Source of the DNA: an archaeon
Lineage (GTDB): Archaea > B1Sed10-29 > WALL01 > JAGHAM01
Reading direction: 5' to 3'
Length of the DNA: 64,000 nucleotides
Assembly (NCBI GenBank): GCA_021107635.1
Contig: JAIOSL010000038.1
Location: 3,512 to 67,511 of the forward strand
In this document: piece by piece, positions 36,401-48,100 of the stretch
Numbering within the stretch: position 1 is the first letter of the stretch
How the letters are laid out: every line of letters starts with the position of its first letter
Translations under genes and position numbers: made by a program
Notes under the pieces: model-generated
What the model was told of the DNA's origin: nothing
Seen by the model: only the letters and a program-made list of their open reading frames with translations
Database searches by the model: none

Positions 36401-39400
36401 ACAGGAGGAGAAGAACAATACGCAGAAAACCACTGGGGCACATTTGACATAGAAGAAGAAACCATCCCAACAAACAACAAAAAATTCAAACTAACCTTCC
36501 AATTCCAAAACACTGACACCATTGCAAAAACAGGAAAAATGATACTAGACGCAAAAGACAAAAGCCTAAGCTTCACAGGAGTAACCCAAAACGGAGCATT
36601 CTCAACAGGCACTCAAACCTACATACAAGACATAGAATTTGAAATACCTCCAGACGGAAGCGAAGTAATCATAGAAGGAACAGGCACCACCCAAACCACA
36701 AACGACATGGACATCTACATCTACGAACTAGGCACACTCAGACCCAAAGAACCATGGACTTCCATCCAATACGGCAGAATAGACTACACAGCAAGCATAA
36801 AAACATACAAAGAAGGCGGCCTACTACAAGAACCAAGCCAAGGAGCAGACGAAATCAGAGTATGGGCATACAAAGAACACGACGGAACAGAAAGCAATCT
36901 AGAAGGAGGAACAATCACTGGAGACCAAGTACAACTAGCATATCCAGGCACCAACCCAGTAGCCTACCTAAAAGAAGACCAATACTACCAACACATGATA
37001 GCCTGGGACAAACCCCTAAAAGAAACACTAAAAGCAACCCTTCTAAGCGACAAATTCGGTAAAATAATAATAGAAAAAGACGTCTCCTACCTAACATTCA
37101 ACCCAAACCCAGGAAGCGCAATAAAAACATTCACAGGAGTCTCACTCAACCCACCACAAACCAAAAGCAAAGAAATAACCCTCACAAGCTACTACGACAA
37201 AGCCATAGGAATAAACATCGGCAAAATAGAACGCATTGGATGGGAAATAACAATTAAAGCCACCACAAGAATGAAAGAAAGCGAAATATCAGGAAGTTAC
37301 GTAGACAAAGAAACCAGAGAAAACCCCTCAAGCATGATGATACCATCAAGAGGCCAACTAATAATAGAAGTCACCGCCACACCAACATCTACAGAATGCA
37401 GAGGAGAAGACTGGTACAACGGAAACGAACTCCTAGAAATAGAAGTAGACGAACTCAAAGAACCAATAGTCTATGCATTTACCCTCGACTGCACCATCCA
37501 AGGTACACCAGACATAGGCTTCCCAGGAGAACAAACATACATAGTCAGATCAGACGTAAACCCATCAAGCATAACTCACTATGACTGTTTCAACAACACG
37601 CACGAAAACCAAAAAGAAACAGCATACATCTGCGACGCAGAACAACTAGGCGCAGCACTGCTTGATGGAGCTCAAAACTTATACAGCGACCCATACACAT
37701 ACGAAACAACATTTAATTATGCACTAGGAAAAGACCGCCTAGACTACAACGTTCTATCAAAAGTACTTGAAAAACATGCAAACAGATGGACAATGGACCA
37801 CGTATACTCAAGAGAATCACTAGCAAAAGAAACAGACACCATGGACATAATTCTAGAAGATAGTATTGAATGTGGAATAACCAAAGTAAAACTAGAAAAA
37901 GTCAATTTTGACCAAGACATAAAAATCACAGTACTCAACACAGAAAATAAAGGACGCTGGTGCGAAAACACAGGTCAATCCTATATGATAGGACTACTAA
38001 ACTATGACCAAAACATTAGACCAGACAATGGACAATACTACTCCTTTGAAGGCACACAAGCAGAACGCATTCCAAAAGCAATACAATACGCTCAAACCAA
38101 AGGAAACAACATAACAATTTCCAGCCTACTAGCATACGACGCTACAGGAATAGAACCATCATCAATTGGACTCTCTCCTACTCGACTAGGAGGAACACCC
38201 CAAACATTCCTAAAATACATGGACTGTGAAATGCACGATACAACACAATGCCCAACATTCGCAATAAACGAATTCACAGGACTAAGAAAAGAATGTGAAA
38301 CAGACGGAGACTGCGGAGACCAGAATTGTATTAATGGCATATGTGCCACACCCTGTTCAGATAACACTGAATGCACAACCGGAGAAACATGCAACGGAGA
38401 ATACTGCATAACCAACGAACAAGTAACCGGAAAAGACACATCAGAAGAAGCACTAAAAGACGCATACCCAATAATAGGCTACTTCGACATAGACACCAAA
38501 GACAACATAAACCTAGGACTAATCTATGACCAAAGCAGAATAACAACAGAACAACTAGACCAATACAGAGCACTCTTCATGACAAGAATAACCCAATACG
38601 CAACCACTGGAATCGAACAAGGACAAGAAACAGCATACGGATGGTACAGCGGCTCAACAAACACCAGAATGATCTACGTTCCAACACTAGACACACACAA
38701 AGATGAAACAATAGACCTAAGCTCAATGGACATAAACGTCTACATATACTACTACGAATACAATGAAGAAGAAGACCCAATCAAAAACACTAAAATAGCA
38801 GGAGACAACAACATCTTCGTAACAATCGAAATGAATGAAAGGCCACAATACTGCATGATTGGCGACCTAATGCCCAATGGCACGATACTCTACAAAGAAC
38901 CAGAAACATCTCAAAAAGACGAAGTAGTAGACAACCCCGATCTAAGAAGACCCTATGCAATCAACAGCGAATGGGAACTACTAGGAAAAGACGGAAGAAA
39001 ACGAGTAGCAGCATACTGCGTAGACCAAAAAGGAATCACATCCAAAATTGCAATAGCAGAAATAAGACTAGACACAAGCGGCGTTGAATTCGCAAGCAGA
39101 AAACCAGAAAGAATAGCAATGTACAAACCCATGCTATTCAAAGACAACATGCCCTTCCTAGTAAGAAGCAAATACGCAGACGTCACACAATGCTGGATAA
39201 GTCTCAAAGGCAGCCCAACAGAAGGAGAAACAGACTATGAACCAAACAGACCCAGAGATGGATCAGGAAGCCTATGCTGGAACGACAAAGATGACAACAA
39301 AGGCAACCAAAGCATTCCAGAAAAATACAGAAAAGAAGACGGATGCTGTACGATCACCAAAAAAGAAGACTCCAGCTCAGGAGAACACCACTACTTTAAC

Positions 39401-42103
39401 TTATGGGAAGTCGAATGCAACAGCCCGACAATAGAAAAAGTCAATGAGGATATACCAGTCGAATTCTGGTGTGCAACAAACCTAAACCACAAAGTAATGT
39501 TAGCAGACTTTAGCATGTACAGATGGGACACAGAAAAGCCAGTATTCCCAATGCCAAGACACTTCACCCTCTCAGTAAACGGCACAGCACAATCAAGACC
39601 AATAGGAACAGTCACAACAAACACCTACAACAAAGGAGGAATAGGACTATTCTTCAACGAAGAAATCGTCTGGAAAACAAATACCACAGGAGAACTGGAA
39701 ACATATGAACCACTTAATGCAAGCGTTAATGCAGAAAAAATAACAGAAAAAGGACTATGGCTAAAATACTCTGAAGAAAACACAGCAATACTACACGACG
39801 CCAGAGACGAAAATGGCTACAAAGAATTCGAGCTAGTCAGAAAAAGCGAAAAAAGATATGACTTTAAATTCATAGCAACAGACAGCGATGGAGTAGAAGC
39901 TTGCACAGCAGAAAGCGGACTACAAGGAGAAACACACCCATACATAACATCCTGTGAAAGAACACACGCTGGAGACACCACTAAAGTAATAGTCAACTGC
40001 TCAATAGAACTGAAAGAAGGACCTAATGAAGTAAACATCTCCTGCAGAGATACCATCGGCAAAAGCGTAAACTATACTCTAAACATACTCCTAGATGAAA
40101 CACCCCCACAAGTTGACTGGAATAGTATTGCCATGACAGAAATGGGAGGAATGGTATCAGAAGACGAAAGAGAGATGATTCCGGAAATAACCTTTACAGT
40201 AAATGATACACACTCGGACGTAGAACAATGCACAGTAACAGTAGACAGCGTACTCAAAGGACTAAAATCAAGATTTTACAAGTGTACCCTAACAGATAAC
40301 CCAGACGGAAAAAACAAAAACGCAGTATGCAGACCAGAAGGAGAAATATTCTTACCTTTGCTTCTTATGAGCATAGAAGAAAACTCAGTGACAGTAAATT
40401 GTACCGACGAAGTACAAAATCTGTTCAGTGGAACTCCAATAGATGAAAGAGGAGACCCAAGAAATTTCATAGGAGAAGCATCCAGACCGATAGAAGCAAT
40501 GCCAGCAGACATAGTAAAAATGTGCGAAGTACTAAGATATGGAGCAACCCAAGACAAAATATCCTCACTAGGCTTCTCTGACCAATCAGAAGACCTAGAT
40601 GGAGTGAAAGAACTCAAAGACGACATAATAAACCAAATAGACGAAGACGGAATCTACTTTGACATGTTCTATTGTGGTGCAGACACATGCGGACAAAAAA
40701 CTAATATAACAAAAATAGAACTAGACGAGGTGTCTCACATAGTAGGAGAACAAACAAAAGAATTCAAAGTACCAATGCACGCAGAATGCCTGACAGAAGC
40801 AGCATGCGACATAGCAATAACCATACTCACCCTAGGAACAGGAAAAGTAGCACAAGCAGCTCCAAAAGCATCAAAGGCAGCTATAGCCACGGGACGTACT
40901 GCCAGAGTCCTACAAAGATTTAAACACACTCTGAAATGGATGAAACAAACAAAACTCAGTATGCTGTTCAGTAGAAGCGCGATAATACAGAAAGTAGGAA
41001 AAACAGGAAAATTAACAAAAGGCTTAGGAGGACTATCAAAGACTGCAAAGGCATGGAGCCCATTACTAAGACTAACCACAGCATATTTAGGTAAAGGAGC
41101 AACAGAAGCCCTTGGAGCAGCATACTTCAACACAGGAGCAAGCTACATGAAAGCATCATACAGCAAAATAAAAACCCCAAGCGAATGCCAACAACACCCA
41201 GGAGGAAGCATAGCAGATATAGCAGTAGATACAGTATGGCATATAGTTCCAGTACTGCCCACGCTTGCTAAAATGGCAACAGGAGACGAATTTGAAGCAC
41301 ACATATGTGCAGCAGGCAAAACAATACCCGCAGATCGCTACTACACAATCTTTGCAAAACCAGTAGCAAAAGACTCTTCCGCGGCAGGGGTTGCAGGAGC
41401 AGCATTCTCAGTATGCTTCGACTCATGTGATGACTTTGAATGTCAAGTAGTAATAGGAGAACACCCAATGCGAGAAGAAATAATAGACTTGATAAATCAA
41501 GAGATAGAGGAAGTCGAAGATGTTGAAGAAGAAGGCTGCCTAGTAAACGGCAAAGAAGATTCTGACTGTGATGGAACACCGGATGATACAGACAATTGCG
41601 TTGATGTTCCAAACGTACAGGTAAACTCAGACACAGACAAGTACGGAGACGCATGCGACAACTGCCCAGAAACCAGCAATGAAGACCAAGCAGACACAGA
41701 TGGAGATGATGTCGGGGATGTATGCGACAACTGTAAAGATGCAATCAATCCAGGACAAGTAAACTCAGATGGAGACACTCACGGAGACCTTTGTGACAAT
41801 TGTCCAGAAACCGACAATGAAGACCAAGCAGACACAGATGGAGACGGAGTAGGAGACGCATGCGACAACTGTAAAACAACCAAAAACTACTTCCAACTAG
41901 ATAATGACAACGACACATACGGAAACGCGTGTGATGGAGACATTGATGGAGATGGAACGCCCAACGAAGACGAAACAGGAGACGATGATGACCTAGATGG
42001 AGACGGAGAAAAGAACAAAGATGATCCAGACGATGACGATGATGCAGAACTAGACGAAGACGACAATACCCCATACGGGCCGACAACAACAACGGGACTC
42101 TAA
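33470..42103 (+). CDS. Giant N-terminally anchored surface protein (2877 aa): carboxypeptidase-regulatory-like/Ig domains, C-terminal TSP3 repeats
   Basis: N-terminal TM after IPSLPL; repeated P(L/I)xGxxV...T-x-x-x-G units; DxDGDGVGDACDNC repeats. Confidence 0.9.
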   Translation: MGLDETYAKLEDKYYAFLDGLEKKGIPIYSIVDPIEHAGIPSLPLFVGLVILLIGLAWYYMMPSVGGMQDVTFVITSQADGKFLDGATITAKLEGNEIATATTIQGQATLRNVPSDSEIDLIINKPGCTEYRTTVTPSLKNELKISMQCGGGGGLEGCLEISSDMEQTFLKDENGNPPESCEIRIYDPIDPLTTINHGWLIVDGALYVDDITEATCPSNINAHKVEITCKNSKYESTVSALLDKIKTENELILETISIEPTQQNATSDVLREIIVHIESMDGNPLEGIIVKAVNAEAEPITSEFSNVILEYTTGSTGNTQLIIPDGQAFYIAVEDPKGVYRNKVGETEYIASLEMITREINLQMSKGAGTIVTVKESGTQDPITSAMVTIIDSSGKHAGFPQRTNSKGEASFVLYKGKEYSLEVRHAMYEPINQTVTGGTDITVFLETVDPTKTGSLAIKTIKAHGAKDRLGGVRIKLIKNGKTYTETTTSSSGEAYLTGILAGSYTLKLLPPGATNYQEGPTVDIQPQNTTEITIEVIPEQITLELTTLVRINGKDIPKKNVEVQLWDAYYEERIETKTSGIERKVTFQIDKCTEVYFVLAYTETEEPNAGKKYGPLTSTPEEYCTNKEIKDLILKEKPDQTELNLDIFTQTGEIEEELIPGTHYNAKLSVALPEYTPNVIYKQITVELFVGNDGYLARTDQTPLVIEDIDLTDISVQDPYITSLHTADEYHYGEPTPPENEEGNSKYLKVTIGKYTPGTYELSIPIYVRSLAEQGNTIISYRATWMKPDGGLVYSQSGNWDEKNITILPPSSSNYHELETGSFYAYKAWLTATKSPEPILNTSITKNAYFYLHIDAITRDDIAAWEVPLTTIPDIAEMITYDGTVYRASGMTTEIAATNITGDTLTNDNNIYNLEKDDKVSLTITLKAIGPGKASLITFNDIRHTLSFAVSEIPALQKETLISGITATLQAQAHFTGGEEQYAENHWGTFDIEEETIPTNNKKFKLTFQFQNTDTIAKTGKMILDAKDKSLSFTGVTQNGAFSTGTQTYIQDIEFEIPPDGSEVIIEGTGTTQTTNDMDIYIYELGTLRPKEPWTSIQYGRIDYTASIKTYKEGGLLQEPSQGADEIRVWAYKEHDGTESNLEGGTITGDQVQLAYPGTNPVAYLKEDQYYQHMIAWDKPLKETLKATLLSDKFGKIIIEKDVSYLTFNPNPGSAIKTFTGVSLNPPQTKSKEITLTSYYDKAIGINIGKIERIGWEITIKATTRMKESEISGSYVDKETRENPSSMMIPSRGQLIIEVTATPTSTECRGEDWYNGNELLEIEVDELKEPIVYAFTLDCTIQGTPDIGFPGEQTYIVRSDVNPSSITHYDCFNNTHENQKETAYICDAEQLGAALLDGAQNLYSDPYTYETTFNYALGKDRLDYNVLSKVLEKHANRWTMDHVYSRESLAKETDTMDIILEDSIECGITKVKLEKVNFDQDIKITVLNTENKGRWCENTGQSYMIGLLNYDQNIRPDNGQYYSFEGTQAERIPKAIQYAQTKGNNITISSLLAYDATGIEPSSIGLSPTRLGGTPQTFLKYMDCEMHDTTQCPTFAINEFTGLRKECETDGDCGDQNCINGICATPCSDNTECTTGETCNGEYCITNEQVTGKDTSEEALKDAYPIIGYFDIDTKDNINLGLIYDQSRITTEQLDQYRALFMTRITQYATTGIEQGQETAYGWYSGSTNTRMIYVPTLDTHKDETIDLSSMDINVYIYYYEYNEEEDPIKNTKIAGDNNIFVTIEMNERPQYCMIGDLMPNGTILYKEPETSQKDEVVDNPDLRRPYAINSEWELLGKDGRKRVAAYCVDQKGITSKIAIAEIRLDTSGVEFASRKPERIAMYKPMLFKDNMPFLVRSKYADVTQCWISLKGSPTEGETDYEPNRPRDGSGSLCWNDKDDNKGNQSIPEKYRKEDGCCTITKKEDSSSGEHHYFNLWEVECNSPTIEKVNEDIPVEFWCATNLNHKVMLADFSMYRWDTEKPVFPMPRHFTLSVNGTAQSRPIGTVTTNTYNKGGIGLFFNEEIVWKTNTTGELETYEPLNASVNAEKITEKGLWLKYSEENTAILHDARDENGYKEFELVRKSEKRYDFKFIATDSDGVEACTAESGLQGETHPYITSCERTHAGDTTKVIVNCSIELKEGPNEVNISCRDTIGKSVNYTLNILLDETPPQVDWNSIAMTEMGGMVSEDEREMIPEITFTVNDTHSDVEQCTVTVDSVLKGLKSRFYKCTLTDNPDGKNKNAVCRPEGEIFLPLLLMSIEENSVTVNCTDEVQNLFSGTPIDERGDPRNFIGEASRPIEAMPADIVKMCEVLRYGATQDKISSLGFSDQSEDLDGVKELKDDIINQIDEDGIYFDMFYCGADTCGQKTNITKIELDEVSHIVGEQTKEFKVPMHAECLTEAACDIAITILTLGTGKVAQAAPKASKAAIATGRTARVLQRFKHTLKWMKQTKLSMLFSRSAIIQKVGKTGKLTKGLGGLSKTAKAWSPLLRLTTAYLGKGATEALGAAYFNTGASYMKASYSKIKTPSECQQHPGGSIADIAVDTVWHIVPVLPTLAKMATGDEFEAHICAAGKTIPADRYYTIFAKPVAKDSSAAGVAGAAFSVCFDSCDDFECQVVIGEHPMREEIIDLINQEIEEVEDVEEEGCLVNGKEDSDCDGTPDDTDNCVDVPNVQVNSDTDKYGDACDNCPETSNEDQADTDGDDVGDVCDNCKDAINPGQVNSDGDTHGDLCDNCPETDNEDQADTDGDGVGDACDNCKTTKNYFQLDNDNDTYGNACDGDIDGDGTPNEDETGDDDDLDGDGEKNKDDPDDDDDAELDEDDNTPYGPTTTTGL
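41557..42066 (+). repeat. Thrombospondin type 3-like Ca-binding repeats
   Basis: DNCPETSNEDQADTDGDDVGDVCDNC / DNCPETDNEDQADTDGDGVGDACDNC; also near-duplicated at DNA level. Confidence 0.9.
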
Positions 42104-42113
42104 AGATACAATT

Positions 42114-42149
42114 AGCGCGCTCCAAAAGCGCGCGCTCTCTTCTTTTTTT
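42114..42149 (+). terminator. GC hairpin plus T-tract
   Basis: AGCGCGC-9nt-GCGCGCT then pyrimidine run ending in T7. Confidence 0.6.
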
Positions 42150-42188
42150 GTAGTAAAGATTAAATAAATCCTCTTCTTATCTTAGAGT

Positions 42189-45100
42189 ATGCCGGTCAAA
42201 GACTATTATTATGAAATAGAGGACCAATATTACTCTCTTCTCGACAAACTTGATGAAAAAGGGATACCCGTTTACAACTTAGTGGATCCCCTCGAGGAAA
42301 GAGGAATCCCTACATTCCCACTACTGATAGGATTAGTCCTACTACTATTGCTATTGTTCATATACTTCCTGGTAGGTGGGTTCGGACAAAGCTTAACCAT
42401 TGACTTAATGGGAAACAGTATAGGCACCTTTGACCTGCCAACAATACATAATGTTTTAGGCGGAACACTTCCGTGGATAGATGATATCATTCCTGTTCTA
42501 AACATTGGAGACGAAATAACAATTAAAGTAAATGTAAATAGTAATGATGCTCCATTAGAAGGAGCTAAAGTAAGTGTAGTACAAGGCGGTTGGGCTAGAA
42601 CAGAAACCACAGGAACAGACGGAAAAGTAGAATTCAAAAGAGTTCCACGAGGAGAAGCCACAGTTACAGCAAAAAAAGAGAACTGCAGCAAAGAAACCAA
42701 AACAATAAACGAAACCGGCGAGATTACCTTTAATCTAAAATGTGGACTCTCCTGGCCTGGTGTAGAAGGATGTATGGAAATAGATGAAACTCTTTACAAA
42801 GCTAACTTAGTAGGAACAGATAACAAGAGACCAGAACAATGCACGCTAGCGATATACGACAATCAAACAAAAACAGTCAACCTTGACTGGAGAATAGACC
42901 CAATAAAGAATATTCTGTATATAGACCCAAGCGAATGTGTAATATCAGATTATGTTGTTGTAATAGATTGTCTAGCACACGAAAGAAGAGACCAAGCTAG
43001 AATCATAATAATAGAAATGGATGGAATTGGAGACGTCAGACTAAATCCAAAAGACACAAACCCAACAGACTGTCCACCAGGAGAACAATGGGACGACGCT
43101 CTACTAGAATGTGTACCCATAACCAACCCCTGCGGAGACAATGAAATATGGAACGAAGAACTCCAAGAATGCATTCCGATAATACCAGACGATGAAGTAG
43201 CAATATACATAGTAGTGAACGACACTAACGGAGACTACCTAAGCGGGATAACAGTAAAAGCAATAGATTCAACCGGAGCAGAAATCACTGAAGGGACAAC
43301 TCAAGACGTAACCGGAACAGCAGGTACAGCTACGCTCTCACTCAAAGAAAACCAAAACTTTAGGATAACAGCAGAAGACCCAAAAGGAGACTATTCTACG
43401 ATAACCACAGGAGAATACGTTGCAGACGAAACCCAAACAATAACAATAACAATGGAAGCAGGCGCACAAACCACGATAAGAGTAATAGACAAAGAAGACA
43501 AAAGCAGAATAAGCGGAGCAGTAGTATGGCTCTATGAAATACCACACACAGAAGTAACTAACACCAATGGAGAAGTAGAACTCACCCTACCAGCAAGCGA
43601 AACATTCAAAGTACAAGTATACAAAAATTACAGTCCATACATTGGAATAGAAAGTTCCGTTAACTCAGGTGAAGTCAACATAATTGAACTAGAAAAAGTA
43701 CTTCCAATAATGAGCGGTAACCTAACACTAACCGCAAAAAATTATCACGATCACGAAGAAACAATGGAAGGAGTAACATTTAAAGTGACAACAAAAATTG
43801 GAAACGTCACCCAAAAATCATGCATCACTGACTCAAACGGAGAATGTTACATGCCATTCCTAGAAAAAGGAGATTATAACGTATATGCCACGCCAAGAAT
43901 GGGAGAAAGTCAACACGCAGGAGATGTAACAATAGTAGCAGGAACAACAACAGAAAAAACATTCTATGTTAAACCAGCAACAACCCTGCTAAAAATCTGG
44001 GTAAAACACGGCAACAACCCATACACACCAAACGCAATGGTCTCAATACTAACAGAAAACCAGTTCAACGAATGGGAAATAATGCCAGGAATGTCAGGAG
44101 AAACAGATGGATACGGCTACAAAGAATTTGAAATTCCAAAAAATACTAAAATAAAAGTAAAAGGAACCCACGACGAAAGCGGAACACACTACTCAGCAAT
44201 ATGGGGACCACAAACAATAACAGAAAGCGAAAAAGAAATAACCCTAGAACTCAAAAAAACAGAAGTCGCAATAAGCTTCTCCCCAGAAATGGAACTAACC
44301 CCAAAAGACACTAAAACAGGAAACCTCTACTTTGGCCTACCATACGTAGACGAAGTAACACAAACAAAATACGACACAATACTAATAGAACTATGGGTAG
44401 GAAGCGACGGAGAAGCAACAGACCCAATAGCAACACCAATACTCATAAATGGATTCAACTCCAACAGCCTAGAACAAGACGACGTAAGCGTACTACGCTG
44501 CAGTAAATATCCATGCTCAAGCAGTTCCTGCTGCAACATAGGAGACGGAGAACAATTCAAATACCTAAAACTTGAAATCCAAAACACAGACGAATTCTAT
44601 GAAGACATCGGAACAGCATCCATCGAACTAGAACTCTATGCAAAAGAAATCCTTTCAACAGACCACACATACGTCAACATGAAAGGAACCTGGACTTCAA
44701 CCGCAGGAGACAGAACATCAGAAAACAAAACACTCATAAACCTAACAAGCGGAAGCCCCTGGACACCCCACCCACCACCAGGAGAGGGATTCACAGGACA
44801 CAGAGCAGGATACACAGAAGACCCATTCCAAGAAAAACCATGGTCACCACAATGGAGCACATACAACGGAAGCAACTTCTACCTAATGATAGACGCAGTA
44901 GCAGCAGGAGACATGAGCACATACCAAATCAAAATAGAAGACCAACCAGACGCAAAATCCTACCTAATGATAAACAACTACAACATCTCAATCACAAAAC
45001 AAGACGGCACACAACTATCCGAATCCAAAAAAACACTCAACCAAAAACTTCCAACAGGAGGCTACAACATAAATCCAGTAGCAGACCTAGGAAACTACTA

Positions 45101-48100
45101 CGCACTAGAAATGGAAGACACACTCCACCTAAAAATAGAACTTCAAGCCATCGCACCAACAGAAGGACAATACTACGAAACATACATTTTCGAAGACTAT
45201 GACGACCTGAAATTCAAAATAATAGAACTAGACGGAGAAAACAACGAAACAACAGAAGTAACCAACATAACCTCAAGCAACAGAGCCTGGCAAACATACA
45301 TCTGCGCGCCGCCAACATTCATACCTGGATGCGGATGGGGAACAATAAACGAAACCAAAATAGAACAAGGCTACCTTCTGCCAGTCTGGTCACAACAAGG
45401 TGCACGCAACTTCCAATTCAAATTCACATTAAACAACATTGGAGACCAAGACAAAGTACTAGACTTTGCTGCAACCGGAGCAATAACACTAGATTATATC
45501 CCACAAGATATAATAGTGCCTGCAGGAAGCTCAGTCAGCACATTCATTAACGGAACAGGCCTCGCTTCCACACAAGGAACACTTGAAATATCCATGGGAT
45601 TAGATGGAGGTACAATGAAACTATGGAAAACCGCAAACTTCGGTCAAGTAGACTATGAATATACACTATGGACAACCACAAGTATGATAGAACTAGAAGA
45701 AGAAGTTCTCACAAACATCGACTCACTAAAAGCAAAGCTATCCCGAAACGGAAACGCACTAGAAGACAACGCAATAAAAGTAGAATTCCAGTGCTGGGAA
45801 GGCGGAGACTACAACAACGTCAAAACACTATGGAGAGACAACGACTACTACAAATACGAAACCGCACTCCAACTAGAACCAGGAGAAAACGCGTGCATAC
45901 TCTTCGCAGAACACCCAGAAATCGGAAGCATGGGCAAATTCTACCACGTACAAGGAATGAAAATTGAACCAATTGGAAGTGATTTCCCACTACATACATT
46001 TAGTCAAGACTATCAAGAATACAGCATTGACATAGTAATGATTAATTCCTCATGGCTAGAACCTAAAAACTTTACGCTTGACACACTTGAATTCTTTGAA
46101 CTAACAGAAGCATACGACATGACAATACAAGTAGAAACATTCAATCAAGATGGAAGCACATATGACACAAAAAGCTCCACAACACCAATAACAGAAAACA
46201 TAACCATCCCAGAACAAGGAAGCGCACTCATAACATTAATAGCAACATATGATCCCCCTTCAGTAGGAAATGAACCATTATGCAGCCAAAGCGGCTTTGA
46301 CTTCAATGGAAACATTAAAATCACACCATACTCACAGCCAACAACACAATACAACTATAATTATAACTGTACTGCAGGAGGATCTGGAGGTGGATGGGGA
46401 GACTGTGAATGTGACAGAGATGGAGACACAATTACAACAGAATTAACTGCAGCAGATTCATCCGAAATACACACAGTAAACTTAATATCAAAAACAGAAG
46501 AAGACCTAGAAGTTACCATAGATTTCTCCGAAGACTCAGATGCCACATCTAAAGGCTACACGATGACACCAAGCATAAAAATATATAATTCTACAGATGA
46601 CTTAATTGAACAACAAACCGTCTCCCCTGGAACACCAATAATAGTAACACTCCCAGCTGAAGGGACCATTAAATTCCAACTAAATGCTTCAATAGACCCC
46701 CTAGAACAAGAAGGTAATGGTTGGACATGTGAAGGAGGGCTTGGTTGGTATGCATACAACATACTAACATTTACTCCAGAAGGAAACTCAGACAAAGAAG
46801 TATACTTCATACACACATGCAGCAAAACTGGAGGAAATGGAGGAGCTACAGGAGAATTAATACTCAGAGAAACACTCACTCCAACAGAAATTCTAGGCAC
46901 AGACTACGATTATTCTTGTGATTACATAGAAGATGTAAAAACAAGACTATGCGACGCAAAACAACTAGCAAATGCAATAAAAAGATTCAAACAAGACTAT
47001 GAAGAAGACATGCCCCTAAGCCTTACAGCAACATTTGCTTTCGGAGAAGACCATCTAGACAAACCAGACATGGAAAAAGCCACAGGAAACACAGTATCAT
47101 TTAATCCGGATAACCATCAAGCAGAATTAGTTTTTGACTTACAAGGTGCTACAGCAATAACCTGCGGAGTGATATCAGTAACGGCAACAAGACAAGCAGA
47201 AGGATACACTCTCCTAACAATAAACAATGACCAAAACAAACCATGGTGTGATTCAACCCCGAAAAAACCATACTTTTTCACAGGAACTGCAAACTATGAT
47301 GAAGGACTATCAACAGACAGCGAAAACACAAAATACATGAGATTTGAAGGAGATGACACAGAACTAACCTACTTCAAAAATGCAATGCTAACCTCAATAA
47401 ATGGCATTGAAATAGAAGATGTACTAGGATATCACTACAAAGGAGGAGCAGACCTAGAAAAACCAGGAACCACAATACCTCCAATCCACGTAATATACAA
47501 TGACCTAAACTGCACAGAAGAAGGAGACAGCGGCCCAAGAGATTATCTTGACTGTCCAAAACCAGATGGAACACCAGTAGATTTAGCTTGGCTGCAACAA
47601 GCATTCAGAGAACAAGGACACGAACTAGGAGGATACTATCATTATGTACAAGACAATGGAGTAGACAAATTTTACATAGGCCTTATATACTCCAGTGCTA
47701 CCCTAACAGAAAATAGTGATCTTAACCTAATGAGGAGACTGCTAGTAGGAAACCTTATGAGTCACTGGACAATAGGAAACAACTCATGCATACAAGACGA
47801 AGAAGAAGAACTCATACTAAGAGGCTCAACAACCTGTGGATACTGCTCTTCAGGAATATATGATGAGATACTCTTAGAAGAATACACTACTACAAAACCA
47901 AGCACAACAACACCAAAAGAGTCAGTAGGAAAATCACCAGACCATAACAGTATAGGAATACACCTAAAAGTTCATTTAGATGCAGGCAAATGCAAAATAT
48001 GGAACAAACAAAAAGAAACCAACGTCCAATGGATAACCCGCGGAGACGGAAACTGGAACAGCAATGAATTCACAGAAAACTTCCCAATAGACACAACAGG

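Noticed and set aside
41640..41870. Direct DNA repeats considered as CRISPR or DGR template/variable repeats
   Set aside because: In-frame TSP3 coding repeats; no spacers, cas or reverse transcriptase genes in the window
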